A stretch of DNA of 64,000 bases from positions 130,262,001 through 130,326,000 of the forward strand of contig OX597814.1 in assembly GCA_951406725.2 (NCBI GenBank), written 5' to 3'. Source of the DNA: Octopus vulgaris. Lineage: Eukaryota. Below are positions 36,629 to 50,734 of this stretch, one piece after another (the stretch's first letter is position 1; each line of letters begins with the position of its first letter). A program made the position numbers and the translations under genes. The notes under the pieces are model-generated. The model saw only the letters and a list, made by a program, of their open reading frames with translations. It did not search any database and had not been told where the DNA came from.

Positions 36629-39215
36629 ACTTTTTCATTAGATAGGTGAAATAAATACCTGAGATGCTTCCCCTCCATGTAGAAACTGCAGGAGCTACTT
36701 GAAGATATTACAAGCCTTTCTTCTGGTGGTGACCAAGGCCATCGCGATGCTGGAAAAAGCTTCTGTATCATAGCAGGTATCTCAGAGTCACCAGTGTTTC
36801 GCTCTTTAGCCTTTACTCTTCTGTGATGACGTTATCTGAAGCAGAATGGTAGGATTTTACGGAAATCTGGCTATTGTTTCTAGCAGATTGTGCAGCGAGC
36901 ATGTAGAGGCTCCACGTTGGGGTGTATAAATCACGTTTATCTCCTTGGTGCTGAGTTAAGCGCTTTAAAACAGTTGGCTTTATCCTTTAAATTTCTAGAC
37001 AGGGGTTTTCTGGCACAAGTTAGAGGAGTTCATTTCTTCCCATCGGGATTTTACAAGTTTCGGCTTTGAGAGCATACTGAGTACATACATGCATGAATGA
37101 ATATATGTATATATGAATGTATGTATGTATGTATGAATGCATGTATGTATGTATGTATGTATGTATGTATGTATGTATGTATGTATGTATGCATGCATGC
37201 ATGCATGCATGCATGTATGTATGTATGTATGTATGTGTGTGTGTGTATGTATGTATGTATGTATGTAAGTATGTATGTATATATGTATGTATGTATCTAT
37301 GTATGTATGCATGTATGTAAGTATATATGTATGCATGTATGCATGTATGCGTATGTATGTATGCATGTATGTATGTATGTATGTGTGTGTATGTATGCAT
37401 GTATGTAAGCATGTGTGTGTGTGAGAGAGAGAGAGTGTGTGTGTGTGCATGTGTGTGTGTCTATCTCCACGCACATATGCAGTATGTTCTTCTTACTATT
37501 TATATTGTTAACGTTTATACCCAAAAAGTCCATTTTTCTGGTATTTCCATTATCAACGCGAACTGTTGAAGAACATGGCTGTTATTACTTCTAACCCCTC
37601 TTCCGCAATAAGTACATAAGTAAATAAATAAAAACTTTGCACCGACGCTGTTTATCTTTACCACTTCTGAAATTACACTCCCAAAATTCGAGCATTATTA
37701 ATCGTGTTAAAAAAATTCAAGTGCAAAAAAGTGTTGCTGTTATTACTATTAACCAATAGGCCGTATTTATTTATTTTATTTATTTATTACACAGTCAGAC
37801 ATGTCAAAAGGAAAGATATTTAAAAATGACTATTGCTCATGTCTGAACAGGCCTATGGAAATCGAAAGACGCTAGTGCTTCTGACATCGTTCAGTGCATA
37901 AGTAAGTGTAAGAGTTACGTTTGGTTTTAGCGTATATTAAAGGTTTTGTTAGTTTATGAGAAGTTGAGTTTATCATAGGCTTATTGCAGCTTTCGATCTC
38001 GATTCCCTATTGTCTTTACAGATTTTGACCCTAATCAATATCTTAGAAATATATAGGTTTTATGCAGATAATTGGTTCTCAACATACTATACTGAAAACA
38101 TAATTTTGACGGCGACTCAGCGACTCATAAAGAGTTAAAGCATATATTTTTCTACTTCTTATGTTAAGAGCACTGCGAATTGACCGAAGAAAGATATTCT
38201 GCTACAAGATCATAGTTCCTGATTTCATATCTGCTGCAGTCATTAACTGTTCGACCACACGCTTAATTCTTAAAACATGACACGTATAATATAGCCTTAG
38301 GAAATGTCTAGAACAAACATTATACGTTTTGGTAAATGAAGCGGCGAGAGAAAGCGGGGTTTACGACATGTCTAGCTGGATAATATCGCATGAGAGTCAC
38401 ATGATAGCTGAAAATTACTTTGGAAAACAGGTGTACTATCCAATGCAAATCTACGTATATTATTTGATTTAGTAGCGTATCTGGCTCTTGCAGATATGTT
38501 TTTAAAATATTTCCTCCTTTCGGAAGTGACTTATATTGCTTTATAACATTCCTGAAAACTCATTTGGGAAGCTTAAAACCTGAGAAGTCCTAACGTCTCC
38601 AACGAAGAAAAATTTGAAAGTCCAGGCTAAAAGCAGCCTTTTTGAGAACTGTAGTAAATTTTGGAGAATATTTTTAATAGCTAATGAATCAATAAAGCTG
38701 AGTAAGATAGAGAATACGGTTAATGAAATTTTAATAAACAGAAATCAATAACTGTGTTACCAATGAAGTCAAACTTTCTTTACTGAAACTCTGGTATAAT
38801 TAATAGTAATAGATACAAACTAAGTCAATTTAGTATTTTAACTGATTTTTTACATACAGTATTCATGATTTTTTTTTAACGAGCCATTGATTATTAGTGT
38901 TGATGCAAACAGCACGAATACTGTTATTTTAAACCTTAACCAAGATTTAAGAATAAAAAACATTCTAGTACATTTTGCTCGTTTTATTTTACGTTCCTTA
39001 TCAGCTTCAGTGGTATTTGTAGACACGCATAAGTTTTTCATGGTGTGGAGATGCACGAACGTTGGAATCCTGTGTGCGATAAAAGTTTTCGTAAATTAAA
39101 TCTTAAGGTAGAGCATATGTATAAAATATGGAATATCTGATAACAAGATAACAATCTGAGACTGATCGAAACTTTAAGCTTTTCTAAAATAAAACAAGAA
39201 ATAAATAAATAAATA

Positions 39216-39283
<68 letters not shown>

Positions 39284-39786
39284 AATTTAGATGTAGCAGT
39301 TTGTAAAATTTTAAAAATGCATTCAGAGATCTGCGCTTCATTCGTATGCTTTGCCCAAAGGCTTATGTGAAATAGCTAAAACCAAAAATCGACATTTATT
39401 AGCAAACTCAGTCCACATGGAACTTACTAGTAACCTATCTGAATAAAATTAATCAATAATATTTCCGCAACACTTACGAGCTTTTATTATTAAAGAATGC
39501 AATAAACTGCTTTAAGAATTGAAAAGTCGATTTTGATTTTAAATTTAATTTACATTTTAAAAATTGTTCTGTTTTGTTTTGTTTATTGATTTCCCACTTT
39601 GAAAAGTTTACGAGAAAAGTAATCTCGAAAGAATGGTTCCCATTGCATAACTACAAAACGTTACGCATTTCTAACCCCGTCTCTGCTCTATCCAAAACGG
39701 AGCAATAAAGGGCGGTGTTGATCTCCACATACATTTATTTAATTGTTGGGGAACGCTGTGTTGATGATTACAGATCACGGACCACC

Positions 39787-40045
39787 TGCTGGCAGACACG
39801 TTAGCGCGCCGGGCGAAATGCGTAGCCGTATTTCGTCTGCCGTTACGTTCTGGGTTCAAATTCCGCCGAGGTCGACTTTGCCTTGTGGGTAGTAAAGAAA
39901 TAGGTATTTCGTCTGTCGTTACGTTCTGAGTTCAAATTCAGCCGAGGTCGACTTTGCCTTTCATCCTCTCGGGGTCGATAAATAAAGTACCAGTTTCGCA
40001 CTGGGGTCGATGTAATCGACTTAATCCCTTTGTATGTCCTCGTCA
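39787..40045 (+). mobile_element. SINE family A with internal duplication
   Basis: Two tandem gttcaaattc..gccgaggtcgactttgcc units. Confidence 0.82.
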
Positions 40046-40599
40046 CCCAAGCCTGCTCCATCTGAAGTGATTATGTCTGAATAATTCACTTCACATAAAT
40101 GCATTCTTGAAATATGATACCTACCATACAGTGAGGTCGAACTTTGAGCCATGCTGCTCAGGGTAAAGCTTTTAACCAAACGTCCGAGCTTGCTCCCACA
40201 CCAATAGATAACATCCGGTAGAGCAGAATTGAAGGAGAAAGTCAAAACGCTATCAGACAATTAGTCCAGCCCTCCGTTATTTAACTATTCCAGTGCATGC
40301 TTTTTCATAAATACTAATAGCTTCTGTATTATGCTGTGAATGCTTTCGTTCCGACGCAAAAACCTTCGCCGTCAAAAAGTTTTATAGATTCATTGAGCTC
40401 AACAAGTTTCTTCTGTTTATTCTTGTTTTCTTTTCTGCTGTCACAATCAGAATTGTTTAAATAATTTAACACTCGCATTGTGTTGTCAGCATTTTCCAAT
40501 ACGCAGTAAATACACTGTCTTCGTGATGACGAATTGATATATGGAATTCTCCCCTTCTCTCTCTCTCTCTCTTTCTCCCTCAATACATACATATATGCG

Positions 40600-40652
<53 letters not shown>

Positions 40653-40675
40653 ACTCACACATATGTATGTATGTG

Positions 40676-40739
<64 letters not shown>

Positions 40740-40768
40740 GTATATATATATGTATATATGTATATATG

Positions 40769-40811
<43 letters not shown>

Positions 40812-40826
40812 ATATATATGTATGTA

Positions 40827-40893
<67 letters not shown>

Positions 40894-41651
40894 GTGTACA
40901 TATATATATATATATGCACGTAAACATATAAATGCCGAAAACGTGTTTGTTTATGATTTTGTATGTAGAGTAATTTATATTCTTGTCACTCGGTATTCAT
41001 AAAATCCGCACGTACTGAAATAAAAACAAAAACACCACCACATGATTAAATACATGCATACATACATATATACATACATACATACACACACATCATATAT
41101 ATGCGCGCGCGTGTGTGAATGTCCATAATAAACGAGTCATCATTATTTATTTGCTTATTGCACACGCGTATGACATATATGGAGTCAAGCATCAAATGTC
41201 CATATTGTCTGCTTCATTATTCATAGTCACTAATGTCCATCAATAAGGGATTAGTATTGGCGAGACTGTGACCTGGTTTCAATAAACTATTTTAAGCAAT
41301 CCCACTACATTTCCACCATTCACAATATTGGGAAAGACATAAAATAGACTTCATTAACATTTTCTTTTACTCCATTTCTAAACGTTGTCTAGTGTTTGTT
41401 TAAGTAACAAATCCGTATTTAGTTATGAATTACTCTAAATGAGCTTCTCTAGAGCAGGAGCAGCTTTGAAAGATGTGCAGAATCCGAACAATCAATGTAA
41501 CTACTGAGATTTTGGTAGTTATTGCTTATAAGATCGTTTAATAAGCTACAAGTGTGTCTAAGCGGATATATTTCTGTAAAATCCGCACCTCGGGTATGTT
41601 TAGGGAAGTTCTTTCTATTGGAGCTTTTCTTGGTTCTTTTTGGTCGGCATA

Positions 41652-42062
41652 TAGGCGCAGGAGTGGCTGTGTGGTAAGTTGCTTGCTTACCAACCACATG
41701 GTTCCGGGTTCATTCCCACTGCGTAGCACCTTGGGCAATTGTCTTCTACTATAGCCTCGGGCCGACCAAAGCCTTGTGATTGGATTTGGCAGACGGAAAC
41801 TGAAAGAAGCCCGTCGTATATATGTATATGTATACATATATATGTGTGTTTGTGTGTCTGTGTTTGCTCACCCAACCTCGCCTGACAACCGATGCTGGTG
41901 TGTTTACGTTCCCATAACTTAGCGGTTCGGCAAAAGAAACCGATAGAATAAGTACTAGGCTTGCAAAGAATAAGACCTGGGGTCGATTAGTTCGACTAAA
42001 GGCGGTGCTCCAGCATGGCCATAGTAAAATGACTGAAACAAGTAAAAGAGAGTAAAAGAGAA
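41652..42062 (+). mobile_element. SINE family B, full length
   Basis: Consensus match from head to tail. Confidence 0.9.
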
Positions 42063-42531
42063 TATGTAAATGTTTAACATCGACCGCTTCAATTTCACGT
42101 GTGAGAAGTCCTACACAGTTAAGTTTCTGCTTATATTACGATCTTATAAGGTAGCCTGCTCGGTTTGTAGTTCCTTGAGCGCTAACTTACAGTGAAAAAC
42201 GTCCCTGGGAATATTATGATTTCAATTTCCTGACTGTGGACCAAAAACGTATCAACGTTAGTCTGCCAGTTACTTGTTTGTAAAGTTGATTTGTCATTGG
42301 ACTAGTATGAAATATCACATTTCAACCGAAACATAGACACGTTCCATTATATGTCCAGTGCTTAATATCTATCTGTCTGTCTGTCTCCGTTCTGTCTTGC
42401 GATCACTTACTATATGTGTGTATGTGTGTGTGTGTGTATGTGTGTGTGTGTGCGTGTGTATATACATATGTATGTATATACTTATATGTATATATGTGGT
42501 GTATATATATGTGTGTGTGAATATATACTTA

Positions 42532-42621
<90 letters not shown>

Positions 42622-42675
42622 CATGCATACATACATGTATGTATGTATGTATGTATGTATGTATGTATCTATGTA

Positions 42676-43574
42676 CAGGGCTGGGGGAAAGTAACTAGGC
42701 ATTAGATATTGCCTATAGACTTTTTAGTATCACTGAAGTCATGACGAAAAGGTTTTTTAAACAGACAGCACTAATGGGGGATTTTTATTTATTTTTTTTG
42801 TTTTATTTCTTATTTCTTACTTTCCAGATGACCGGTCGCTTGACTGTTCAGGAGTGAGCTAAGACAGCAGAACGCTATGAAGTGTGGATTACATTGTTTT
42901 GGTTCAGAGATGGTGGCGTGCATAGAAAGGTAAGCATGCAACACTACGTCCGGAAACAACAAAAGGTTGTCATGCAAACCTGATGACCACCGGCTCGGTG
43001 AACGATGCAAGAGGAAATGGCTGTCCAACCACATACCGAGAACGTCGCAAGGAAAAGTTTAATCGCAGCCCACAAAAATCAACACGTCAAGCAGCTTATG
43101 AAAGAGAATTAAAAAGACAGACAATACGTACGGTGGTGCATAAAGAATTGAATTTTCGTCCGTGGAAACACCATTACATGCAGGAGCTAAACCTGAAGAC
43201 TGTGACCGCAGAAGTCCAGAAATCCAGAAGTCCAGAACCTCGAGAAATCCAGAACTCACTCCATGTAATTTTTACCTGTGGAGTTACTCAAAAGAGGTAC
43301 GCAAGACAAAACCTCGCACACTGGAGGACTTGGAGACACAGATTCAGGAAGTTCTCAATGATATCCGAGACGACGTCCTTCAGAAGGTTGTTCATTCCAT
43401 CCCTGGTGTTTGAGGAAACTGGATGACGCCAGCGGTGCTTCCGTTGAAATATGAAGATTTACTTTCATTTTCTCATGTAATAAAGTACATGCATCATTTG
43501 TTTTAATAAATTTATAAAGGGAATACGAATTTCATTACCAATTTTTAATGCCTACTTACTTTTCACTCACCCTG
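42676..43574 (+). mobile_element. Defective Tc1/mariner-superfamily DNA transposon
   Basis: TA-flanked TIRs CAGGGCTGGGGGAAAGTAACTAGGCATTA / TAATGCCTACTTACTTTTCACTCACCCTG; remnants RSPQKSTRQAA..LNFRPWK and RNPELTPCNFYLWSYSKE..KPRTLEDL (SPDLTPxDFFLWG type). Confidence 0.88.
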
Positions 43575-43674
43575 TATATATAGTTGTCTACCAGTCTGTT
43601 TATTTATAAATATACATACATACATACATACATACATACATACATACATACATACATACATACATACATACATA

Positions 43675-43849
<175 letters not shown>

Positions 43850-44675
43850 GTATATATATCTGCCGTAGGTTGTCCAGATCTCGCATCGACAAAACAACAC
43901 TGTTGAAACACATTCTTATTAGATCTCAACTTTCGCTGCTGCTTTCATGTGCGATTGCGTCCAGAGCCTCGATTCACGCTTTTCAAACGCTAAATGTGAC
44001 GAGGCCCAGTGACAATAAGAATATACAGCCAAAATTAAGTTTGTAAACAGACAGGTTTTGCTCTCCTGCCGTGCTAAAGAACTGACCATGCGCTACTGAT
44101 TTCATTTAAAGCAGAACGGTAATAGATACAATTCATCCAGACTAGCTATTTACGACGTTATTATCTTAGAATGGTCATTGAAACAAGTCTATTGTTAAGA
44201 ATAAAGTTAGAAATTTATTTATTATTATTTTTTTCGTTTATTGATTTTTTGTTTTTTTTCGCATTTGTATCGCTTTATATTACCGTGTTGTCCTTAAGTG
44301 AATGGTATGCAAAAAATAGTATAAATGGATAAAACAAAGAGAAACTAAAGGTGATCTAGCAGTGCTCTGGAACCTATTCACATGAAGACGTGCAGGTACA
44401 AAAATATTGTTGGGTCATATATGTGTAAAATTTAACAATTACGAGCTGATAATAATGCGCCGAAACAATTATAGTGATTTGAAATAAAGCTTGTACGCTC
44501 TATCTACTCGTATTAAAGTTCTTTTGTGTAAACTCTGTAGATATTCACGAATTTCCATATGTCCATACAGGTGAAATCCTAGTGTATGGTAGCATTCGGT
44601 AACCGATACCCGTAGAACAGCTTGGGAAAGCAGGCTATAAATGTTATTGCCCAGATAATATTAAAAAAATATAAA

Positions 44676-45128
44676 GCAGTGAGCTGGCAGAATCGTTAGC
44701 ATGCCGGGCAAAATGCGTAGCGGCATTTCGTCCGTTTTTACGCTCTGAGTTCAAATGCCGCCGAGATCGACATTGCCTTTCATTTTTTCGGGGTCGGTAA
44801 AATAAGTACCAGTTAAGAACTGGTGTTATTGTAGCCGACGTATCCCTCCTGAAATTGCTGGTCTTGTACCAAAATTAAAAACCAATATTGAATATATACA
44901 TATATGTTAGGATGACAAGCTGGCAGAATCGTTAGCACGCCGAGCAAAGTGCTTGGTGACATATCGTTTTTGTCTTTACATTCTGAGTTCAAATTCCGCT
45001 GAAGTCGACATTGCCTTTCATCCTTTCGAGATCGATAAAATAAGTGCCAGTTGACCACTGGGTTCGATGTAATCGAAATACCCTCTCTCCCGACATTGCT
45101 GGCCTTGTGGCAAAATTTGAAACGAATA
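44676..45128 (+). mobile_element. Two tandem SINE family A copies
   Basis: Heads at about 44676 and 44910, each with core and tail. Confidence 0.82.
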
Positions 45129-45595
45129 TGAAATACATATGTGTATATATATACACACACATATATATATATATATATGTCTATATGTGTGGTGAGAAAG
45201 AATATTGTGTGGCGAGCGGGAGCTGCGTGCGTATATGTATGCTCATAAGCTTATTTATGTGTGTGAGTGTGTGTATGTGTGTGTGTGTGTGTGTGTGTAC
45301 GCGTGTGTATCTGACTATAGACTAATAAAATGTGTTTGAAATGCTTCATAAAAGAGCGGTTGGCGTAAAATTTCATAAGTATCTAAAGGTTGCAATTGAC
45401 ATTATTTTCAAATCGATGCCAGCTATGAAATATCAATCAAAAGTCAACAGCTGCGAGAAATCCGGGATTCGAAATGTTACAGAAACATTTTCTTTGGCAG
45501 CTTCGCCCATTACCCCTCCTCCCACCTGCACTCTACGTGCACGCGCGTATGTGTGTATGTATATCTACATATCTGTTTCTTTGTCTGCGTGTGTA

Positions 45596-45640
<45 letters not shown>

Positions 45641-45909
45641 ATCTATCTATTTATCGAATTGTTTGTCTGTTAGTTTACAGATGTATGTAGGTATGTAGGC
45701 GTATATAAACGTGTCATTTATGTGTGCACGCGCGTGCATGTATGCGTGTTTGTGTGTGCATTTGTACCTATATATGTGTATATAATGTATATATATATAG
45801 ATATATAAAGTTAACCCAAACATGAAAACACAAAGAGAAAACACAACAACGCGAGGACGTGGAACAAGTATAGTGTTATTGGACACTCAGGAAAGGAAAG
45901 AAAGAAGGA

Positions 45910-45946
45910 GGTTTTAACGTTTCGAGCGAAGCTCTTCGTCAAAACC
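45910..45946 (-). ncRNA. Minimal hammerhead motif, C3 missing
   Basis: Reverse complement reads GGTTT-TGACGA-A-GAGC ttc GCTC-GAAACGTT-AAAACC. Confidence 0.45.
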
Positions 45947-46159
45947 ATAGAAAAAGTGTGTGTGCGTGCGTGTGTGTGTGTGTGTGTATAATGCTATATA
46001 CATACATATATGTACATACTTACACATATACGTATATACATATGAATATATGGGTACAGGACGTCATAAAACGTAAACAATATGAGATACGAAAACATGG
46101 AATACGAACTTTTTTGCGAACAACGAAAGAAACAAATAGCAAACAAGACAAGTAATATA

Positions 46160-46254
46160 AAGAACGACCCTTCATCAGTTGTCGGCTGTTTTATCTACTC
46201 CACAATTCGAGCAATTACGACAAGATATGTCTTCGAGAAAACAGTTGCTACTGC
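46160..46254 (-). ncRNA. Putative non-circularly permuted hammerhead-like ribozyme, copy 2
   Basis: Reverse complement reads CATAT-C-TTGTCG taatt gctc GAA-TTGTG ...16 nt... CGACAA-CTGATGA-aggg; A15.1 is mutated to T. Confidence 0.5.
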
Positions 46255-46588
46255 AAAGCAAAGTAAAATTTTGGGATTTGTGGAGGGTCAAATTGGGTAA
46301 CAGAAACCGGACAGTGAAAACAAACAGTAAGGGCTGCTCAGCCATAACAAGGTGAGGTGGCGAACGCTTGAGGAACAAGCTTTGATTGGAGAAAAGATTC
46401 CTCCCTATCTTTCTCTTTTACTCTCTCTCGTTGCTCACACGTGATCATCGGCTGTCTTTCTTTTCCTCACTTGAGCTTCTTTCCTTTTGAACAGCCACAC
46501 AGATCACACACATTCTTGTCTGTCTCTTCTCTCATCTTACTGACCACCATACTACTGAATAAATAAAATGACCATCCCGAAATACAAC

Positions 46589-46659
<71 letters not shown>

Positions 46660-47509
46660 TGCGTGTGTGTGTGTTTGTGTGCGTGCGTGTGCGCCTATGA
46701 AAGTCTATAACTATGCATCCGCATAAATACACACACAACCACACAATCACTCACACATAAACACACACAAACACACTTATACATTCACATATATGTGTAT
46801 GTGCGTCCGTGTGTGTCCTTGTGTTTGTGCGTGCGCGCCTGTGTGTGGGTTGTGTGTGTTACGTGTGTGTTTCTGTGTGTATTTATGCGGATGCATAATT
46901 ATGTATTTCCATAAGAACACATGGAAACAGAACTCACATCACATGGATAAAATATATAATGTATGTATACATACACCTAATATATAAAGTATGTGCACAC
47001 ACACACACACACACACACAGACACACATATAGATACAAAAATATATACATCATCATTGATATACATCCCAGCTCACATACACAGATGCACACTATGCATA
47101 AGCACAAACATGCTTTACATTTGGCCTTCAAATCCTGATGGAATCGTAAAGGCGCCGTCGTGACGTACGGTGTATCTTGGGCATTTCTGAACTGTACGGA
47201 GGCAATCCCTCTCCAGGTTTGAAAGTAACCCCGATTTCTTCCAGAGAGATGGAAAGAAGGAGGGGGAGAGAGAGAGAGACAGACAGAGAGACAAAGAGAG
47301 AGATGGAGAGAGAGAAGGTGGGAAGTGCAGATGGAGGACATGCACCGAAAGTGGGATAGGGGGCGAGCGAAGAACATGAATATACGTATGCATACGCGCA
47401 GACATACACAAACATATACACACACGCACTTACTCTCCCTCTTTATCTTTCTCTCTCTTTCTCTCCGTTAACATGCACACATATACACACACATATAAAT
47501 ACATATATG

Positions 47510-47585
<76 letters not shown>

Positions 47586-47616
47586 CATACATATATATAT
47601 ACATATATATATGTAC

Positions 47617-47664
<48 letters not shown>

Positions 47665-48603
47665 GCATATATATATACATATATATACATACATACATGC
47701 ATACATACATATACGTATATATATACATGTATACACATAAATACACAGGAGTAGATAGTTACACAGGCAGACAATCAGTTACCTTGATAGATAGATACGT
47801 ACACAAAAACAAAATAAGCCTATTGTTCTACTCTGCCTCTTCACTTAGCGCATTGAGCAGCGCGTGTTCTCTATATCTCAGTTGTATGCTTCACCGCAGT
47901 GTTTAGGTACCCCTAAAAGGACCGATCTAAGCTATTCTTCGTTTTTCCATCCCACCTCCTTGTAATCTATTTCAACCAATTTTTGAATACTAATTATATC
48001 AGCCACTCACATACTTCGTTGCTGTACCATGTGCTGAAGTCTTTGAGATTATAGTCTCCTTTAGATTACTTTGTTTCTTAGAAAATCGCGTTACGAAATT
48101 CTCAGGGTTTTCCTTAGGGAAGTTGGTCAAGAATAACCAACTCTTTTGGTGATTTCACAGGTTCTTCCAAGTTTCCCTTACATATACCTAGGTTGGTCAT
48201 TCGAAAGTATTTGAACTATGTTGTTCAGTCTGATCATGAAACATATTTTTGACAGTTCAGGCCGCTGACATAGATCTATGAAAATTCCTTTGCAGCTTGC
48301 TATAACCAGAATTTCGTTATACAATTGATGCAAATCTATGGAAAGAATAGGTTCAGGGAAGAACGATTACGTTTTAAACAAATCTTCATACTGCGGAATA
48401 TCAGAAAGAAATCTCTGGTGGTTCAGCAATCACAGTCAGTAGTTTTTATTGGCTTCAAAATAACATCTAATGAGAGTCTCTACGGAGCTTCACATACACT
48501 CGTACGAACGCACGCACTCACGCACGCACGCACACACACGCATACAACACATACACACATGTGTACTACCACACTTATATTCATAAAATATATATATATA
48601 TTA

Positions 48604-48765
48604 AGCGCAGGCGTGGTTGCGAGGTAAGAAGCATGCTTCCCAACTATAAGGTTCGGGGTTAAGTTCCACTGCGTGGCACATTCGGCAATTGTCTTCTACT
48701 ATAGCTTTGGGCTGACCAAGGCCTTGTGAGTGAATTTGGTAGACGAAAACTGGAAGGAGCCCGTC

Positions 48766-48766
<1 letters not shown>
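48604..48766 (+). mobile_element. SINE family B, 5' half
   Basis: Head through gaaggagcccgtcg(TA)n. Confidence 0.78.
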
Positions 48767-48846
<80 letters not shown>

Positions 48847-48960
48847 TTCAGTTGAATATGGTACTTAAGTTAAAGGCACCAAAATTTGGTATGGTATTAT
48901 CCATATAAATCAAATGGGGTGATTATAATCAAAATAAGGAACAAGGATATCCAAAAGTAG

Positions 48961-49050
48961 TGCAGTACAATCGTTTCATGCGACTTTATTTAATTAAAAA
49001 AATATCAAGTATTACATCAGTTTTAAAATGTAAAGCAATCTTCAGCTGCA
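48961..49050 (-). ncRNA. Type I hammerhead with long loop II
   Basis: Reverse complement reads TGCAG-CTGAAGA-TTGC...GCAT-GAAA-CGATTG-TA-CTGCA. Confidence 0.7.
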
Positions 49051-49253
49051 TATGGAATTTTTTAGTTAAATTGAAAAGATTCATTTCTATACTTATTCCA
49101 TTTATCAACATTACAAAGAGGGTTGGTAGATAGACAGAGAGGCAAGTCTCATCAACAGAAACATGGTAGTAAATGATATTTAATCATGGATACATTTCTT
49201 ATCACTAAATTTAAATCTAAAATCTAAAATCAATTTAACTAAAAAATTCCATA

Positions 49254-49340
49254 TGCAGCTGAAGATTGCTCTACATTTTAAAACTGATGTAATACTTGCA
49301 TTGTTTAATTAAATAAGTGGCATGAAACGATTGTACTGCA
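49254..49340 (+). ncRNA. Type I hammerhead with long loop II
   Basis: TGCAG-CTGAAGA-TTGC...GCAT-GAAA-CGATTG-TA-CTGCA. Confidence 0.7.
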
Positions 49341-49369
49341 CTATCTTTGGATATCCTTGTTGCTTATTT

Positions 49370-49434
<65 letters not shown>

Positions 49435-49518
49435 TTCGAGACAAAACCACTATTTTGCAAAACAAACAAGGAAAGACTTAATCAATACATAAAAATTTTA
49501 ATATAAAGAAATAAACCG

Positions 49519-49562
49519 CCACTACAATCGTTTCATGTCTTCAAATGACATTCGTCAGGTGG
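49519..49562 (-). ncRNA. Minimal type I hammerhead ribozyme
   Basis: Reverse complement reads CCAC-CTGACGA-ATGTC atttgaa GACAT-GAAA-CGATTG-TA-GTGG; complete core, GUA site. Confidence 0.82.
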
Positions 49563-49696
49563 ATTTTCGATCTCCTAATCAGTTTTATACTTCAACCACA
49601 ACGGGTCACTCTTAGGTCACATGACCATTTAAGAGGATTCCACCAACATCCTGCGATTGTCATACGACTCCCGTGTTTTCTTCTTCTTCTTCTTCT

Positions 49697-49731
<35 letters not shown>

Positions 49732-50434
49732 TTCTTCGCCACCTCCTTTATCTACTACTACTACTGCTTAAACAGTCAAAAACAAGAATCCATATCAAAC
49801 TAGCTGCTGCTAATTACCTAGAACCCACAAGAGTAAATATGAGAGAGAGAGAGAGAGATTGAAAAAAGGAAAATGTGTCTTGCGTTTGAAAACTATGGAA
49901 ATATTCTTTTAAAATATTTCATTTTTCCACAATTTTATCGTTTTTCATGCTTTACTCTGAGTTGAAAAAGTCGCAAAGGCTGAAACCTGTACTAAAATGT
50001 TCGTCATGATAAAGGTATTTTAGCATTTTCTACTGTCTTGTTTTCCTTATATATATATTCGTCTGTTTGTGTCTGTGTTTGTCACCCCACCATCGTTTTA
50101 CAACCAATGTTGGTGTGTTTACGTCACCGTAATCTAGCGGTTCTGCAATATATATATATATATATATGTGTATATATAGGGAGAGAGTTTATGAAAAACA
50201 CAAAAGACGAAGACAGGTGGTGTACAAAACAAACAGATGTATTAGTATAACGCTCAGGAATAGAAAAATTCTTTTAAGTTTCGAGCCAACGCTCTTCTAC
50301 AGAAAGGGACACAGAAAAAAACAAGGAGAGAAAAAAAGGAGAGAATAAAGAAGACAACAAAAGAATGAAAGCGACCTCGATATTATGTAAATAGAGGAAT
50401 TTATCTGTAAATGTAATATGTAACAATTATATGG

Positions 50435-50508
50435 TAGCCATGATAAAACTCCGTGTTTCGGATGCTGAGGTGGAAATCCACGCCGCCATCTCTTCAGTTA
50501 TCCGGCCA
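50435..50508 (-). ncRNA. Type I hammerhead motif
   Basis: Reverse complement reads TGGCCG-GATAA-CTGAAGA-GATG..GTGGA tt TCCAC..CATC-C-GAAA-CACGGAG-TT-TTATC-ATGGCTA. Confidence 0.65.
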
Positions 50509-50571
50509 TCGGAAAAAATGCTACGAAAAAATATACTCATGCACGCACATATATATGCATGATTGCGTACA

Positions 50572-50672
<101 letters not shown>

Positions 50673-50701
50673 CTCTCTCTCTCTCTCTCTCTTTATATAT
50701 C

Positions 50702-50734
<33 letters not shown>

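Noticed and set aside
40040-40530. Unique segment with short ORFs
   Set aside because: No recognisable domain or consistent splice signals.
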